Source of the DNA: Saprospiraceae bacterium
GTDB lineage: Bacteria > Bacteroidota > Bacteroidia > Chitinophagales > Saprospiraceae
DNA: 64,000 nt
Reading direction: 5' to 3'
NCBI GenBank assembly: GCA_019694255.1
Contig: JAIBCI010000061.1
Span: 9,952 to 73,951 of the forward strand
Under the pieces are notes generated by a model. The model saw nothing but the letters and a program-made list of their open reading frames with translations, was not told the DNA's origin and did no database searches. The position numbers and the translations under genes are program-made. This document shows, piece after piece, positions 17,375-26,460 of the stretch (its first letter is position 1; the number at the start of each line of letters is the position of its first letter).

Positions 17375-20027
17375 GTTCAATAGAAGCAAGTTGATTCAAT
17401 TTGGCTTGACCAGGGTATTTATGCTGTATATCTTGAATGCAATCTTCACCCATGCAATTGGGCAAACAACAGATTGCATGCATTGTGGTCCCAGATTAAA
17501 GAATATTCTCTCTCACCGGGAGCCATCCATTCAAAAGAAATTGACAGTATACCTGCAAACCTCTCAAACTGATATTCTTATAGAAAAACTTCGCCTTCAT
17601 GGAATTCTTGCCCAGTCATCTTACGAGCTTTCCGGAATATTGTCATTGCAAGTTACCCAAGATGAGTTAAGACAATATATTCTTTCCGATCCTCATGTCA
17701 CCTATATTGATCTTGGAAATGACCAGCCGCATGAAGAAATTCTGATTCCCCAGCACAACCTCAACTACGCTGGAATTCATGCTCTTCATCAGAAAAGACC
17801 AGAACTGGATGGCGCCGGCGAAACGATTTCTATCAAGGAGAATCTTCCGGATACAGCCGATATTGACCTATATCATAGATTCACAATTAGTCCTCAGTCT
17901 TCGGACGTACAAAGTCAGCACGCGACAATCATGGCTACATGGGCAGCAGGTGCCGGCAATGCAGGCCCGGAAGGAAGAGGTATCGCACGTGGTGCAAGGG
18001 TTGTACCATCTGACTTTGGCGGTATACTTCCGGATCCTCCAGCTTTTTACAATCAATATGGCATATCGCTTCAGAACCATTCATATGGATCCGAAATCGA
18101 TAATCAATATAGTCTGCAGGCTTTGGCTTTCGATCAAAGCATGATTGAAAATAAAGAATTACAGCACATATTTTCATCCGGTAATGACGGTATGGGTGCT
18201 GCTTCGAGCGGAACATATCAAGACCTACTTTCCTATGCTAACCTTTCAGGAAGTTTTAAAATGGCCAAGAATGCGCTGGTTGTCGGGGCTGTAAATAGTC
18301 AGGATCAGGTGCTGTCATTCAGTTCACGAGGCCCGGCTTCAGATGGTAGAATTAAGCCGGATCTTGTTGCTTATGGACCGGATGGCAGTTCCGGAGCTGC
18401 CGCGATTATCTCCGGAGCTTCCGCTTTGATCAGACAGGCTTACTATAATAAATACCATCAACGAATGACCTCAGACATATTGCGGTCCTTGCTGATTTGC
18501 AGCGCTTCGGATATTGGCGTACCAGGACCTTCTTTTGAAACAGGTTACGGTCGTCTTGATCTTCCCGCAGCTATCGATGTCATTGATTCAGGTGTAATTA
18601 TCTCTGACAGCATTCACCAAGATCAGATTCGTGAATACCGGTTGAATGTAACAACAGAAAGAAAACGATTAAGTGTAGCGCTTTGCTGGAATGATCCTCC
18701 CTCCAGTCCAGGCACATCCAAGGCTTTGGTCAATGATCTGGATCTGGAATTGATTACACCGCAGCAGGAAATAATATTACCATGGATACTAAATACATTT
18801 CCCGTCCGCGATTCCCTTAGCAAGCCCGCCACGAAGAATAAAGATACACTGAACAACACTGAATGGGTCAGTATGGATTTGCCAATTCAAGGCAACTATA
18901 TTCTTCGAATCAAAGCAAGTCATCTACGCATGTCACAACGTTATTCGGTTGTAATTTACCAGGAGCCTGCGGAAACATTCGCCTGGCAAAATCCCGTCTA
19001 CGGTGATGTTGCTGAAGCAGATAGAAATACTGAGATTCGATGGTCTTCCAATCTCTCTCAGGATTCTGCCATATTAGAATGGAAACCTGCAGGTGACCGG
19101 ATATGGAGAAAAATTTCTGAGATTGAGGTCTCATCACAGAATTTTTCATGGATGGTGCCAGATACTTTCTGCACAGCCCAACTCAGATTAAGGACACCGC
19201 AATCGTATTATGTATCTGATTCATTTCTGATCGCCCGCTCTTCAAAATTGAAAGCTGGCTTTGTATGTAAAGATTCAATATTATTTTTTTGGCCTTCAGC
19301 TAGTGAGACTTGCATTTATACGATATGGGGCCTTGATCAATACTTCATGACTCCATTGTTGCAGACAGTAGATACTTTTGTCATTCTGAAAAAAAACGAT
19401 TACCCGCAATCTCGCTTCGCTGTTTCATTCAATGATAAGTTGTATCAGCTTCACGGTCCCCCGGGTTATGCTCCAGATCCTTCACAGCTAGGGAATTCAT
19501 GTTATTTTGTTAGTTTTCTTGGTAAGAAAACGGACGGAATGGCATCTGCGGACCTACGGCTCGAAATCGGAACAACCTACGGAATCCAAAAAATAGTAAT
19601 AGAAAAATTAATTGATCAACATTGGAAAGTCCTCTTTGCAGAGGATAATCCACAGAATGTTGTTCAATTTAGGGACAGCTTCCTGAATAATGGAAGTAAC
19701 ATCTATCGCGCAGGCCTCGTATTACAAGATAGCCAAAATTTGAACAGTGAAAAAATTACAATCTGGAATCCCGGAAAAACCGGGATACTTGTATTCCCTA
19801 ATCCAGTAAAATCCAACGACCAACTTACAATATTGTCAGAAGATGCTTTGTTTACCGAGCCGCTGCTGACGATTTATGATTTGACAGGCAAACTGATCTT
19901 GCAAATGTTGCTTACGGATGTGAGAACCTTATTGCCTTTGGGCCAACTGAAAGCGGGCACCTATATCTGGCAAATAAAAAAAACCAACACCTCACCACGA
20001 AGTGGATTGATTACCGTGTTGCCATAG
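17352..20027 (+). CDS. S8-family (subtilisin-like) peptidase with T9SS C-terminal sorting domain
   Basis: 891 aa. It has the His block QHATIMATWAAG, the Asn block LQNHSYG, the Ser block GPDGSSGAAAIISGASAL, and a Por-type tail (LVFPNPVKSNDQLTIL...YIWQIKK). The start is uncertain (17352, 17364 or 17421), and the tracked ORF overlaps the preceding ORF by 23 nt. Confidence 0.8.
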   Translation: MIIVMDIRFNRSKLIQFGLTRVFMLYILNAIFTHAIGQTTDCMHCGPRLKNILSHREPSIQKKLTVYLQTSQTDILIEKLRLHGILAQSSYELSGILSLQVTQDELRQYILSDPHVTYIDLGNDQPHEEILIPQHNLNYAGIHALHQKRPELDGAGETISIKENLPDTADIDLYHRFTISPQSSDVQSQHATIMATWAAGAGNAGPEGRGIARGARVVPSDFGGILPDPPAFYNQYGISLQNHSYGSEIDNQYSLQALAFDQSMIENKELQHIFSSGNDGMGAASSGTYQDLLSYANLSGSFKMAKNALVVGAVNSQDQVLSFSSRGPASDGRIKPDLVAYGPDGSSGAAAIISGASALIRQAYYNKYHQRMTSDILRSLLICSASDIGVPGPSFETGYGRLDLPAAIDVIDSGVIISDSIHQDQIREYRLNVTTERKRLSVALCWNDPPSSPGTSKALVNDLDLELITPQQEIILPWILNTFPVRDSLSKPATKNKDTLNNTEWVSMDLPIQGNYILRIKASHLRMSQRYSVVIYQEPAETFAWQNPVYGDVAEADRNTEIRWSSNLSQDSAILEWKPAGDRIWRKISEIEVSSQNFSWMVPDTFCTAQLRLRTPQSYYVSDSFLIARSSKLKAGFVCKDSILFFWPSASETCIYTIWGLDQYFMTPLLQTVDTFVILKKNDYPQSRFAVSFNDKLYQLHGPPGYAPDPSQLGNSCYFVSFLGKKTDGMASADLRLEIGTTYGIQKIVIEKLIDQHWKVLFAEDNPQNVVQFRDSFLNNGSNIYRAGLVLQDSQNLNSEKITIWNPGKTGILVFPNPVKSNDQLTILSEDALFTEPLLTIYDLTGKLILQMLLTDVRTLLPLGQLKAGTYIWQIKKTNTSPRSGLITVLP

Positions 20028-20191
20028 CATCAATCCATTTTAATCTTTCATCTTTGATTAAATAGATCAAATGCTAATACTCATTTTGTTGCTGCAGGTA
20101 TTAGCTAATAAATATCGCTCTGAAGATCATGAGACCTTAAGTGATATAGCGATGAATGAAGAGATTAATGTGGCAAGTAAGCGCCAATAAA

Positions 20192-20296
20192 AATACCAGA
20201 TTGAATATCAAACCCACTATTGATTTTTTAGAATCTGATTTCGCCCTTTAAAAGGATAGAACGAAATCGGGTCAATGATTAATTCAATCTGGTATT
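20192..20296. repeat. 105-bp element bounded by a perfect 15-bp inverted repeat, with nested internal inverted repeats
   Basis: AATACCAGATTGAAT (20192-20206) and ATTCAATCTGGTATT (20282-20296) are exact reverse complements. Inside, GATTTCG/CGAAATC flank CCTTTAAAAGG. It lies in the convergent gap between the S8 and M57 genes. Confidence 0.5.
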
Positions 20297-20316
20297 AATT
20301 AAGATAAACTTGGTGT

Positions 20317-21105
20317 TTAGTAAATTGTGTTCAGTGCAGTTTTATCATTTGCTGTGAAAGGCCTGTTGGTTGTGGCACTAAGACAAGCAAGCATCCATGA
20401 ATTGGCATCAGGTCCTGTGGGAGTACCTGGAATATGAATGGCTCCAACGCCGCCATCTCCCTCATTGCCTCCTGTGCCGCAGCTATAGGAACGATTCATA
20501 TAATCTGTGTGTCGGAAACCTATGCAATGACCGATCTCATGAGCCAATACAGTAGTCATAAAGCCATCGCTATAGCCAGTGGTGTATTTTTTAGCATATT
20601 TCACTTCCGGGTAAGGATTGCCTCCGGAAGGAAATCCAGAAGAAGCGATGTACTGGCCGGTGTTGACGATCTTAATATTGATGTCTCCTCCGGAAGCCAC
20701 TCTCTGAAAATTGATCGTTAGTCCTTCTGCATTATAACGGCTGATGGCATGATCAATTGCGTCAGAAAAACCTTGGTTAACTGTGCCGCTGAGGCTCACG
20801 GTAATCGTCTGAGGGTTGACCAGATTAGTGGTTCGGTAATGCTCCTCTTTGGCGATGATTAAATGTTTTCTGTCAGCATGGAGCTGTTCTTCCAGGTCTT
20901 TATCTGTCAGGAATATATCTTCTTCAACGAGGTAGCCGTTATCTAACGCAACTACATTACTGGTACTGAAACCCAGCGCGGCGATTTTCTTTAAGATATC
21001 CTGTGATATCGATTGAGGTTGCTGTTGATCAGTGTTCTCTGACACGCATGAATAAACTCCTACGATTAAGGCAAGACCCAATGCCAGATACATTAATTTC
21101 TTCAT
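20317..21105 (-). CDS. M57-family (dual-action HEIGH) zinc metallopeptidase, lipoprotein
   Basis: 262 aa. It has the lipobox LIVGVYSC and the zinc motif HEIGHCIGFRHTD. Confidence 0.85.
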   Translation of the reverse strand: MKKLMYLALGLALIVGVYSCVSENTDQQQPQSISQDILKKIAALGFSTSNVVALDNGYLVEEDIFLTDKDLEEQLHADRKHLIIAKEEHYRTTNLVNPQTITVSLSGTVNQGFSDAIDHAISRYNAEGLTINFQRVASGGDINIKIVNTGQYIASSGFPSGGNPYPEVKYAKKYTTGYSDGFMTTVLAHEIGHCIGFRHTDYMNRSYSCGTGGNEGDGGVGAIHIPGTPTGPDANSWMLACLSATTNRPFTANDKTALNTIY

Positions 21106-21369
21106 ATATAAGGTTTTTTAGATGAAAGAATGATAATCGAAAGTAAAAATAACTGTTCGATTGCCTTGTTCCAAATTATTTGGATTTTTTTTGTCTATTA
21201 ATTCATCATTCATTGCAAAGAAATTCATATTAAATTGTCATTACATATGATTCTTAGTCAAATAAAATTGATTATTCCCGGTTTTCGCTGATCAAAAAAT
21301 GTTTCTACCGTCAGATTTATACGAAGCCAGTGCACTTCAACGAAGTCTCTAAAAGTGCCTATTTCAAAT

Positions 21370-22335
21370 TCAGATCTTGTCCTTGTCTTCCCAATATAGT
21401 AGCTTCGTGAGTACGCGACCTACGGCGCCAAGCGTATTCGGATCAATGGCATTCATATCGTCTTTCTGGGTATGCCAGTGTGTAACAAATCCGGTTTTGC
21501 TTCCGGGAGGCCTGTTAATGATATCAATCATCGGAATGTGTGCGTCGCGATTGACAAAAATATGATCATCAACGAGTCCTGTGCCGTTGATATTGACAAA
21601 GACTTTGTCAAGTCCTTCACCATGGGCGATCTTCCAAACTTTTTCGACAACCCTGGGTGCAAAATAGAGTGAATATTCTTCTTTGTTGAAAGAAGGGTTT
21701 GCGCCGCCAACCATGTCCAACAAGATTCCATAATCAGCCTTGTAATCAGCAACATGCGGGTTCTTCGACCAGTACTGGCTGCCCAGACACCAGGTCTCCA
21801 TTTCACCGTTATTGGCACCGTAATCTTCGGCATCAAAAAGCACCAGATCCACGCCTATTTTTTCGAGTGGCTGCTTGCCTAGCAGATTACTCAAGGCGAG
21901 AATGATGCCTACGCCACTGGCCCCGTCATCTGCACCGGATACTGGGGTGTGATGCAGACTGGTATCCTGTTCCTGGTCTGAAAAAGGCCTGGAATCCCAG
22001 TGGGATGCAATGATGATGCGTTGTCTGGCGCGTATGTTGTATGAAGCAATAATATTGTGCGCATCAAATTCCTTTCCGTCAAAGGTTTTGGCTTTAAAAT
22101 CCTGATCCGTAACCGTTGCACCATGATTTTTAAATTCTCCGATAAGCCATTCCTTACATCGGCTGTGCGCATCAGACCCAGGTACTCTGGGACCAAACTG
22201 TACCTGAGATCTTACCGCTGCATGTGCAACCGCTTGGTCAAAATCCGGGACTTTCACACTTTTGTCCCATTTACAGGAATTGAGGGCGACCATTGCTACA
22301 AACAAGGGTAAACCAGTCCTTCTATTGATAGTCAT
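21370..22335 (-). CDS. M28-family zinc protein, glutaminyl-peptide cyclotransferase-like (lipoprotein)
   Basis: 321 aa with the lipobox ALNSC. SHWDSRPF, GADDGASGVGIIL, LVLFDAEDYG and a C-terminal HWHT match the M28 / type II glutaminyl cyclase metal-binding pattern. Confidence 0.75.
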   Translation of the reverse strand: MTINRRTGLPLFVAMVALNSCKWDKSVKVPDFDQAVAHAAVRSQVQFGPRVPGSDAHSRCKEWLIGEFKNHGATVTDQDFKAKTFDGKEFDAHNIIASYNIRARQRIIIASHWDSRPFSDQEQDTSLHHTPVSGADDGASGVGIILALSNLLGKQPLEKIGVDLVLFDAEDYGANNGEMETWCLGSQYWSKNPHVADYKADYGILLDMVGGANPSFNKEEYSLYFAPRVVEKVWKIAHGEGLDKVFVNINGTGLVDDHIFVNRDAHIPMIDIINRPPGSKTGFVTHWHTQKDDMNAIDPNTLGAVGRVLTKLLYWEDKDKI

Positions 22336-22371
22336 TCGGAAATAACGAAATATTGGAGAATAAAGTTTTCT

Positions 22372-22399
22372 AAAGGAAAAGGCCGGATTGCTCCGGCCC
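22372..22399 (-). terminator. Rho-independent terminator after tRNA-Gln
   Basis: On the minus strand: GGCCGG-AGCAAT-CCGGCC followed by TTTTCCTTT, immediately 3' of the tRNA. Confidence 0.7.
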
Positions 22400-22402
22400 T
22401 TG

Positions 22403-22473
22403 TTGACCCATAAGGATTCGAACCTTAACAGACAGAACCAAAATCTGTAGTGCTACCGTTACACCATGGGTCA
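22403..22473 (-). tRNA. tRNA-Gln (anticodon UUG)
   Basis: The minus strand folds by hand into a cloverleaf. The acceptor is TGACCCA/TGGGTCA, the D-stem GTGT/GCAC, and the anticodon stem ACAGA/TCTGT with loop TTTTGGT (anticodon TTG). The T-arm is TAAGG-TTCGAAT-CCTTA and the discriminator is A. No CCA is encoded. Confidence 0.9.
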
Positions 22474-22491
22474 TCCTGTCTAAATGGAGCG

Positions 22492-22499
22492 CAAAGTTA
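22492..22499 (-). promoter_or_regulatory. Bacteroidota -7 promoter box (TAACTTTG) for tRNA-Gln
   Basis: Exact TAnnTTTG on the minus strand, 18 nt upstream of the tRNA 5' end. The geometry is nearly the same as at tRNA-Glu (19 nt). Confidence 0.5.
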
Positions 22500-23228
22500 A
22501 GCAGGGCATTGCAACTGAAACACTATCCAGGCAAATTTTATTTTATCCATGTAAGTTGTTTATATTCTGCTATTTATAAATTAATATTTTTTTTAATAAT
22601 TAAAATTATCCATGAAGGAAAATGCTGACAGGCCAGAATTAGATCAATATCGCCAGAGAATAGATAAATTAATTATCTCGAAAAATTGTGAAAAAGTACT
22701 TTTATATAAGACGATTTTAATTGCAACTGATCTTCATTCTAGACTAGACAATGCATCGAATAAATCTTCAGATTTTGTTTATTATACCAGATGATAAATG
22801 TCCGGATCAAATCCAGATTGAAGCGTTTTAGTGATAACCAAATCTGCAAATTTTTATCTTTATGGAGAATCTTAGATGATTACTAATGAAAGTCAGACCA
22901 TCCAGTAGTCGTATTCTTGGAGAAGCGCAGGATTTTCGGGGTATTGAATTAATTTTTTATTGCGCGTTCATCTCGAGCAAAGGCGTTACAAGGATTATCA
23001 AATTATTAATTAATATAATAAGATATTATAATCCTATTTTATTTATGCGCATCCAAATTGAAGACCGATCAAATTACTACCGTAAAGACATCAATTTAAA
23101 ATGCCATTTGATTCTTCTGCCGGTTTGTCTATTCATGTGTGCCACAAAACCTGAGCGATTAATAAGTTACCAGGCATCAGACCATGAGGTCACACCGGGA
23201 TTAAAATTTATCTGAAGATTTACTCAAA

Positions 23229-23708
23229 ATGCACTGCGATCAAAGAAGAAAACCAAAAGAATCTATGGACAGCATCTCAAATACAACAACTCAAGGGTAC
23301 GACAAGTATGAACCAGATATGAAAATATTTCTATGCAAAGCAATCAGTTGCTCAGGATCGCTGAATATGACAGAGACCAGTATGAACAGGGCCTATTTAT
23401 GTGGTAATCTCGATACTTTTAATCCCAGCTTGCACTTGAAAATTATTGATTTTGCGGATGTAGTAGCAAGGTTATTCAAAAAGTGTGTCTATAAAATGAA
23501 GGATGAGAATCAATTCATCAAACAAAATTGCAGTGGATCGGTCTTTGTGTATTCCGTAGAAAACTGGAGACCTAATTCCTTTCGATTTGACAATACCTAT
23601 CACTCCGGTTGCCCTCTTTGTAAACTTATCAAGACTGGAGAAAATAATTCCATTCAAATTTTTGAATCCAATCATGACTTTTTTGAAACTTTGGTGCGTC
23701 TTATCTGA
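23229..23708 (+). CDS. Hypothetical protein (weakly supported ORF in an AT-rich region)
   Basis: 159-aa ORF with several Cys pairs and no motif I recognise. It lies in a visibly AT-rich, otherwise ORF-poor stretch, so coding status is uncertain. Confidence 0.3.
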   Translation: MHCDQRRKPKESMDSISNTTTQGYDKYEPDMKIFLCKAISCSGSLNMTETSMNRAYLCGNLDTFNPSLHLKIIDFADVVARLFKKCVYKMKDENQFIKQNCSGSVFVYSVENWRPNSFRFDNTYHSGCPLCKLIKTGENNSIQIFESNHDFFETLVRLI

Positions 23709-23792
23709 AGATGAATATAAACTTTTTTCTACCTTTACTGACCTTTCGCGCAATTGACTTAATTTATTTTTAAACCAAAATATTTTTTTTAC

Positions 23793-24371
23793 ATGTTACA
23801 TAGCTTTTTTGCATCCGCCGTTTACATCTTTCTTTTCTACACAAATCCGGAAGTTGTCAAATTTACGGTCTCACAACACAAAATGAGTATTAGTGGCACC
23901 TCCACGATGCATGATTGGGCAATCAACGTTCGCGATATAAAAGGATCCGGTCAATTTACCATTGATAAAGGTAAAATCCAAAAAATTGAGAACCTGACCA
24001 TTGAAATTCCTGTACAGGGACTCATCAGCCATAACAAAAGCTCAACAATGGATAACAAAACGCATGAAGCACTTCTTGCTGATCAGCATCCCCTCATTCA
24101 ATATAAGCTTATGGAAGTTACTTCAATCAATAGTCTATCTGAAGGACAAACTATACAGACCAGAGGCAATCTGACGATTGCCGGAAACACACGCGCAGAA
24201 AATCTTGATGTTCAATCTTCAATTCAGGGTGATGGTTCGATTAATATCAAAGGCACAAAAAAAATTTTAATGACTGATTATGGTATTAAGCCACCCAAAG
24301 CCATGTTCAATACTTTATCAACTGGCAATGAAGTAACCATTGAATTCAATATCAATTTAAAAAGAAACTAA
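23793..24371 (+). CDS. YceI-like (polyisoprenoid/lipid-binding beta-barrel) family protein
   Basis: 192 aa. VKFTVSQHKMSISGTSTMHDWAINV and the C-terminal MTDYGIKPPKAMFNTLSTGNEVTIEFNINLK fit the YceI-like domain pattern. Confidence 0.75.
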   Translation: MLHSFFASAVYIFLFYTNPEVVKFTVSQHKMSISGTSTMHDWAINVRDIKGSGQFTIDKGKIQKIENLTIEIPVQGLISHNKSSTMDNKTHEALLADQHPLIQYKLMEVTSINSLSEGQTIQTRGNLTIAGNTRAENLDVQSSIQGDGSINIKGTKKILMTDYGIKPPKAMFNTLSTGNEVTIEFNINLKRN

Positions 24372-24393
24372 ACTAAACTAAAACCAAGTAATT

Positions 24394-25818
24394 ATGAAAA
24401 AAACAAATTTTCAATTTTTCGCAACCTTGCTGCTTACACTACTTCTTTCGACCGCATGGTCTCAAGATAGTGATTTGCAGTATTTCAGAAAATGGAACCG
24501 AAATGGTATCAACGTTTTTGAACCTTCAAAAGATGGAGACCAGCCTGCTTTTGACGGATTAAAACTCAAGCTGGGCGCATCGTTCTCGCAGGAGTTTCAA
24601 TCACTGACACATTCCAACACACCCAATTATGTTCCGGAATTCGGAAATCCTCAATACAATGCCACAAGGCTCTTTGCCACCACAAGCAGCGATTCAACCT
24701 CTGCAACACTCGCCGGATTTAATACAGCCATGGCCAATTTGACAATTGACGCACAACTTGCAGACGGCATCAGAATGTGTGTTGAGTCCTACATGTCATC
24801 TCGTCATCACAATGAATTCTGGGTGAAGGGAGGTTACATTCAAGTAGACAAGTTACCGATGTTTGGTAATCCGGAGTGGTTCAGCAAATACTTGAGACTG
24901 AAAGTGGGCCACTACATGCCCAACTACGGCGACATGCACTTCAGAAGAACCGATGGAGGCAATACCATGTATAATCCATTTGTAGAAAATTACATACTGG
25001 ATGCGTTCACTACTGAAATCGGGGGCGATATTTCATTTTTCCCGATTAAGGGATTGATGATTCTTGGAGGAATGACCAATGGTGTACTTCATGGCAATCT
25101 TAAAATCGATGATAAAAAAGCCAAACCAGCCCCCAATACGGGTGACTCTACCAAAACAGCTCCTGCCTTTATTGGTAAAATAGCCTATGACAATAATTTT
25201 GGAGGCTTAAGGCTCAGGGTCTCCGCTTCTTTCTACCATAACAGCGGCAGCGATAACCAGACATTATATTATGGGGACCGGGCGGGTTCACACTACTTTA
25301 TGATCATGGAACCCAACCGATCACTTCAATTTCCAGATGGAATACCTACGGTCATTGCACAGAGCAATCCAATCAATAACAAGGATTCCGGAAGATTTGA
25401 TCCTCTGTTCCATAGCAAAGTATCTGCATTTATGCTCAACTTACTTGGAAAATACAAAGGACTCGAGTGTTTTCTGACTTATGAAAATTCGAAAGGACGC
25501 TTTTGGCAGGAAGGCCCCGATGAAAGAAAAGTATCACAAGTCGCTGGTGAACTCGTTTATCGCTTTGCCAAGAACGAAAATCTATTTATCGGACTGCGTT
25601 ACAACAAAGTAAATTGCAGACCCTATATTCATCCTTTCGACCCAACACCAAGACAAGATGCTTCAATTGACAGACTGACTATATCTGCCGGATGGTATCC
25701 TTTGAAATATGTTGTCGTGAAGGCTGAATATGTCAATCAAAGCTATAAGGATTTTCTAGACTACAGAAGAGATGGAAAATTCAATGGATTTGTACTTCAG
25801 ACAGCTGTAAGTTTCTGA
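24394..25818 (+). CDS. Putative outer-membrane beta-barrel (porin-like) protein
   Basis: 474 aa with the signal peptide MKKTNFQFFATLLLTLLLSTAWSQ. It shows an alternating amphipathic beta pattern, is rich in aromatics and Gly, and has a C-terminal aromatic residue (TAVSF). Confidence 0.55.
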   Translation: MKKTNFQFFATLLLTLLLSTAWSQDSDLQYFRKWNRNGINVFEPSKDGDQPAFDGLKLKLGASFSQEFQSLTHSNTPNYVPEFGNPQYNATRLFATTSSDSTSATLAGFNTAMANLTIDAQLADGIRMCVESYMSSRHHNEFWVKGGYIQVDKLPMFGNPEWFSKYLRLKVGHYMPNYGDMHFRRTDGGNTMYNPFVENYILDAFTTEIGGDISFFPIKGLMILGGMTNGVLHGNLKIDDKKAKPAPNTGDSTKTAPAFIGKIAYDNNFGGLRLRVSASFYHNSGSDNQTLYYGDRAGSHYFMIMEPNRSLQFPDGIPTVIAQSNPINNKDSGRFDPLFHSKVSAFMLNLLGKYKGLECFLTYENSKGRFWQEGPDERKVSQVAGELVYRFAKNENLFIGLRYNKVNCRPYIHPFDPTPRQDASIDRLTISAGWYPLKYVVVKAEYVNQSYKDFLDYRRDGKFNGFVLQTAVSF

Positions 25819-25830
25819 TCCTGACGCTCG

Positions 25831-26460
25831 ATGTTTTTTCTGATATGTCGGTTTATTTGTTTTTGTGCAATTATTCCCGGACTGTGGAAGGACGTCGAAT
25901 CTAACAGTAGCATTTTACTATCCGGTAAATTGAAAATATTACCGGATAGTAAAATTCTACTCACCGGCAAAAGCAATTTAGCCGGATTCAAATGCAGTTG
26001 CGGCTCAATTGCCAAAGAAATAGAAATTAACATCAACAGAACTCCCAGTGTAGCGGTCTTCAACAATGCCAAAATCAACATATGCACCACTTGCATGGAA
26101 TGCGGCAATTCAGTGTACAATTATAATTTAAAAAAATGTCTTCAGACTGATCGTCACCCAACAATAGGGATCGAATTGGTTTATGTACAAGTGCGCCATC
26201 CAGAAGATCTTAAGAATGTTAATCAATGGTTTGATGTCTACACCAACACACTTGTAACCATCAAAGATCTGACCCTGTTACAGGAAGTCAAAGGAAAAGC
26301 CATGAAAACGAATGACGGCAAAATTCACATCAAGGGAAATCATCTAATAAAAATGAGTTCCTACCATATCGACCCACCCGTAATGATGTTTGGAATGGTC
26401 AAAGTTGATAATGAGATTACCATTAATTTTGATTTAAACATTGAATATTTGGCAAAGTAA
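25831..26460 (+). CDS. Divergent YceI-like family protein (Cys-rich variant)
   Basis: 209 aa. LLTGKSNLAGFKCSC and the C-terminal MSSYHIDPPVMMFGMVKVDNEITINFDLNIEY parallel the tail of the first YceI-like gene. It starts 12 nt after the barrel gene. Confidence 0.6.
   Translation: MFFLICRFICFCAIIPGLWKDVESNSSILLSGKLKILPDSKILLTGKSNLAGFKCSCGSIAKEIEININRTPSVAVFNNAKINICTTCMECGNSVYNYNLKKCLQTDRHPTIGIELVYVQVRHPEDLKNVNQWFDVYTNTLVTIKDLTLLQEVKGKAMKTNDGKIHIKGNHLIKMSSYHIDPPVMMFGMVKVDNEITINFDLNIEYLAK

Noticed and set aside
22612-23215. 60-aa and 109-aa ORFs in the AT-rich stretch after tRNA-Gln
   Set aside because: They are in different frames, have Ile/Lys/Asn-rich composition typical of random ORFs in AT-rich DNA, and carry no motif. 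They are not reported as genes and are discussed only as part of the region.
25797-26120. 107-aa minus-strand ORF overlapping the second YceI-like gene
   Set aside because: The plus-strand frame carries YceI-like motifs at both ends and is operonic with its neighbours. The antisense ORF has no supporting feature.
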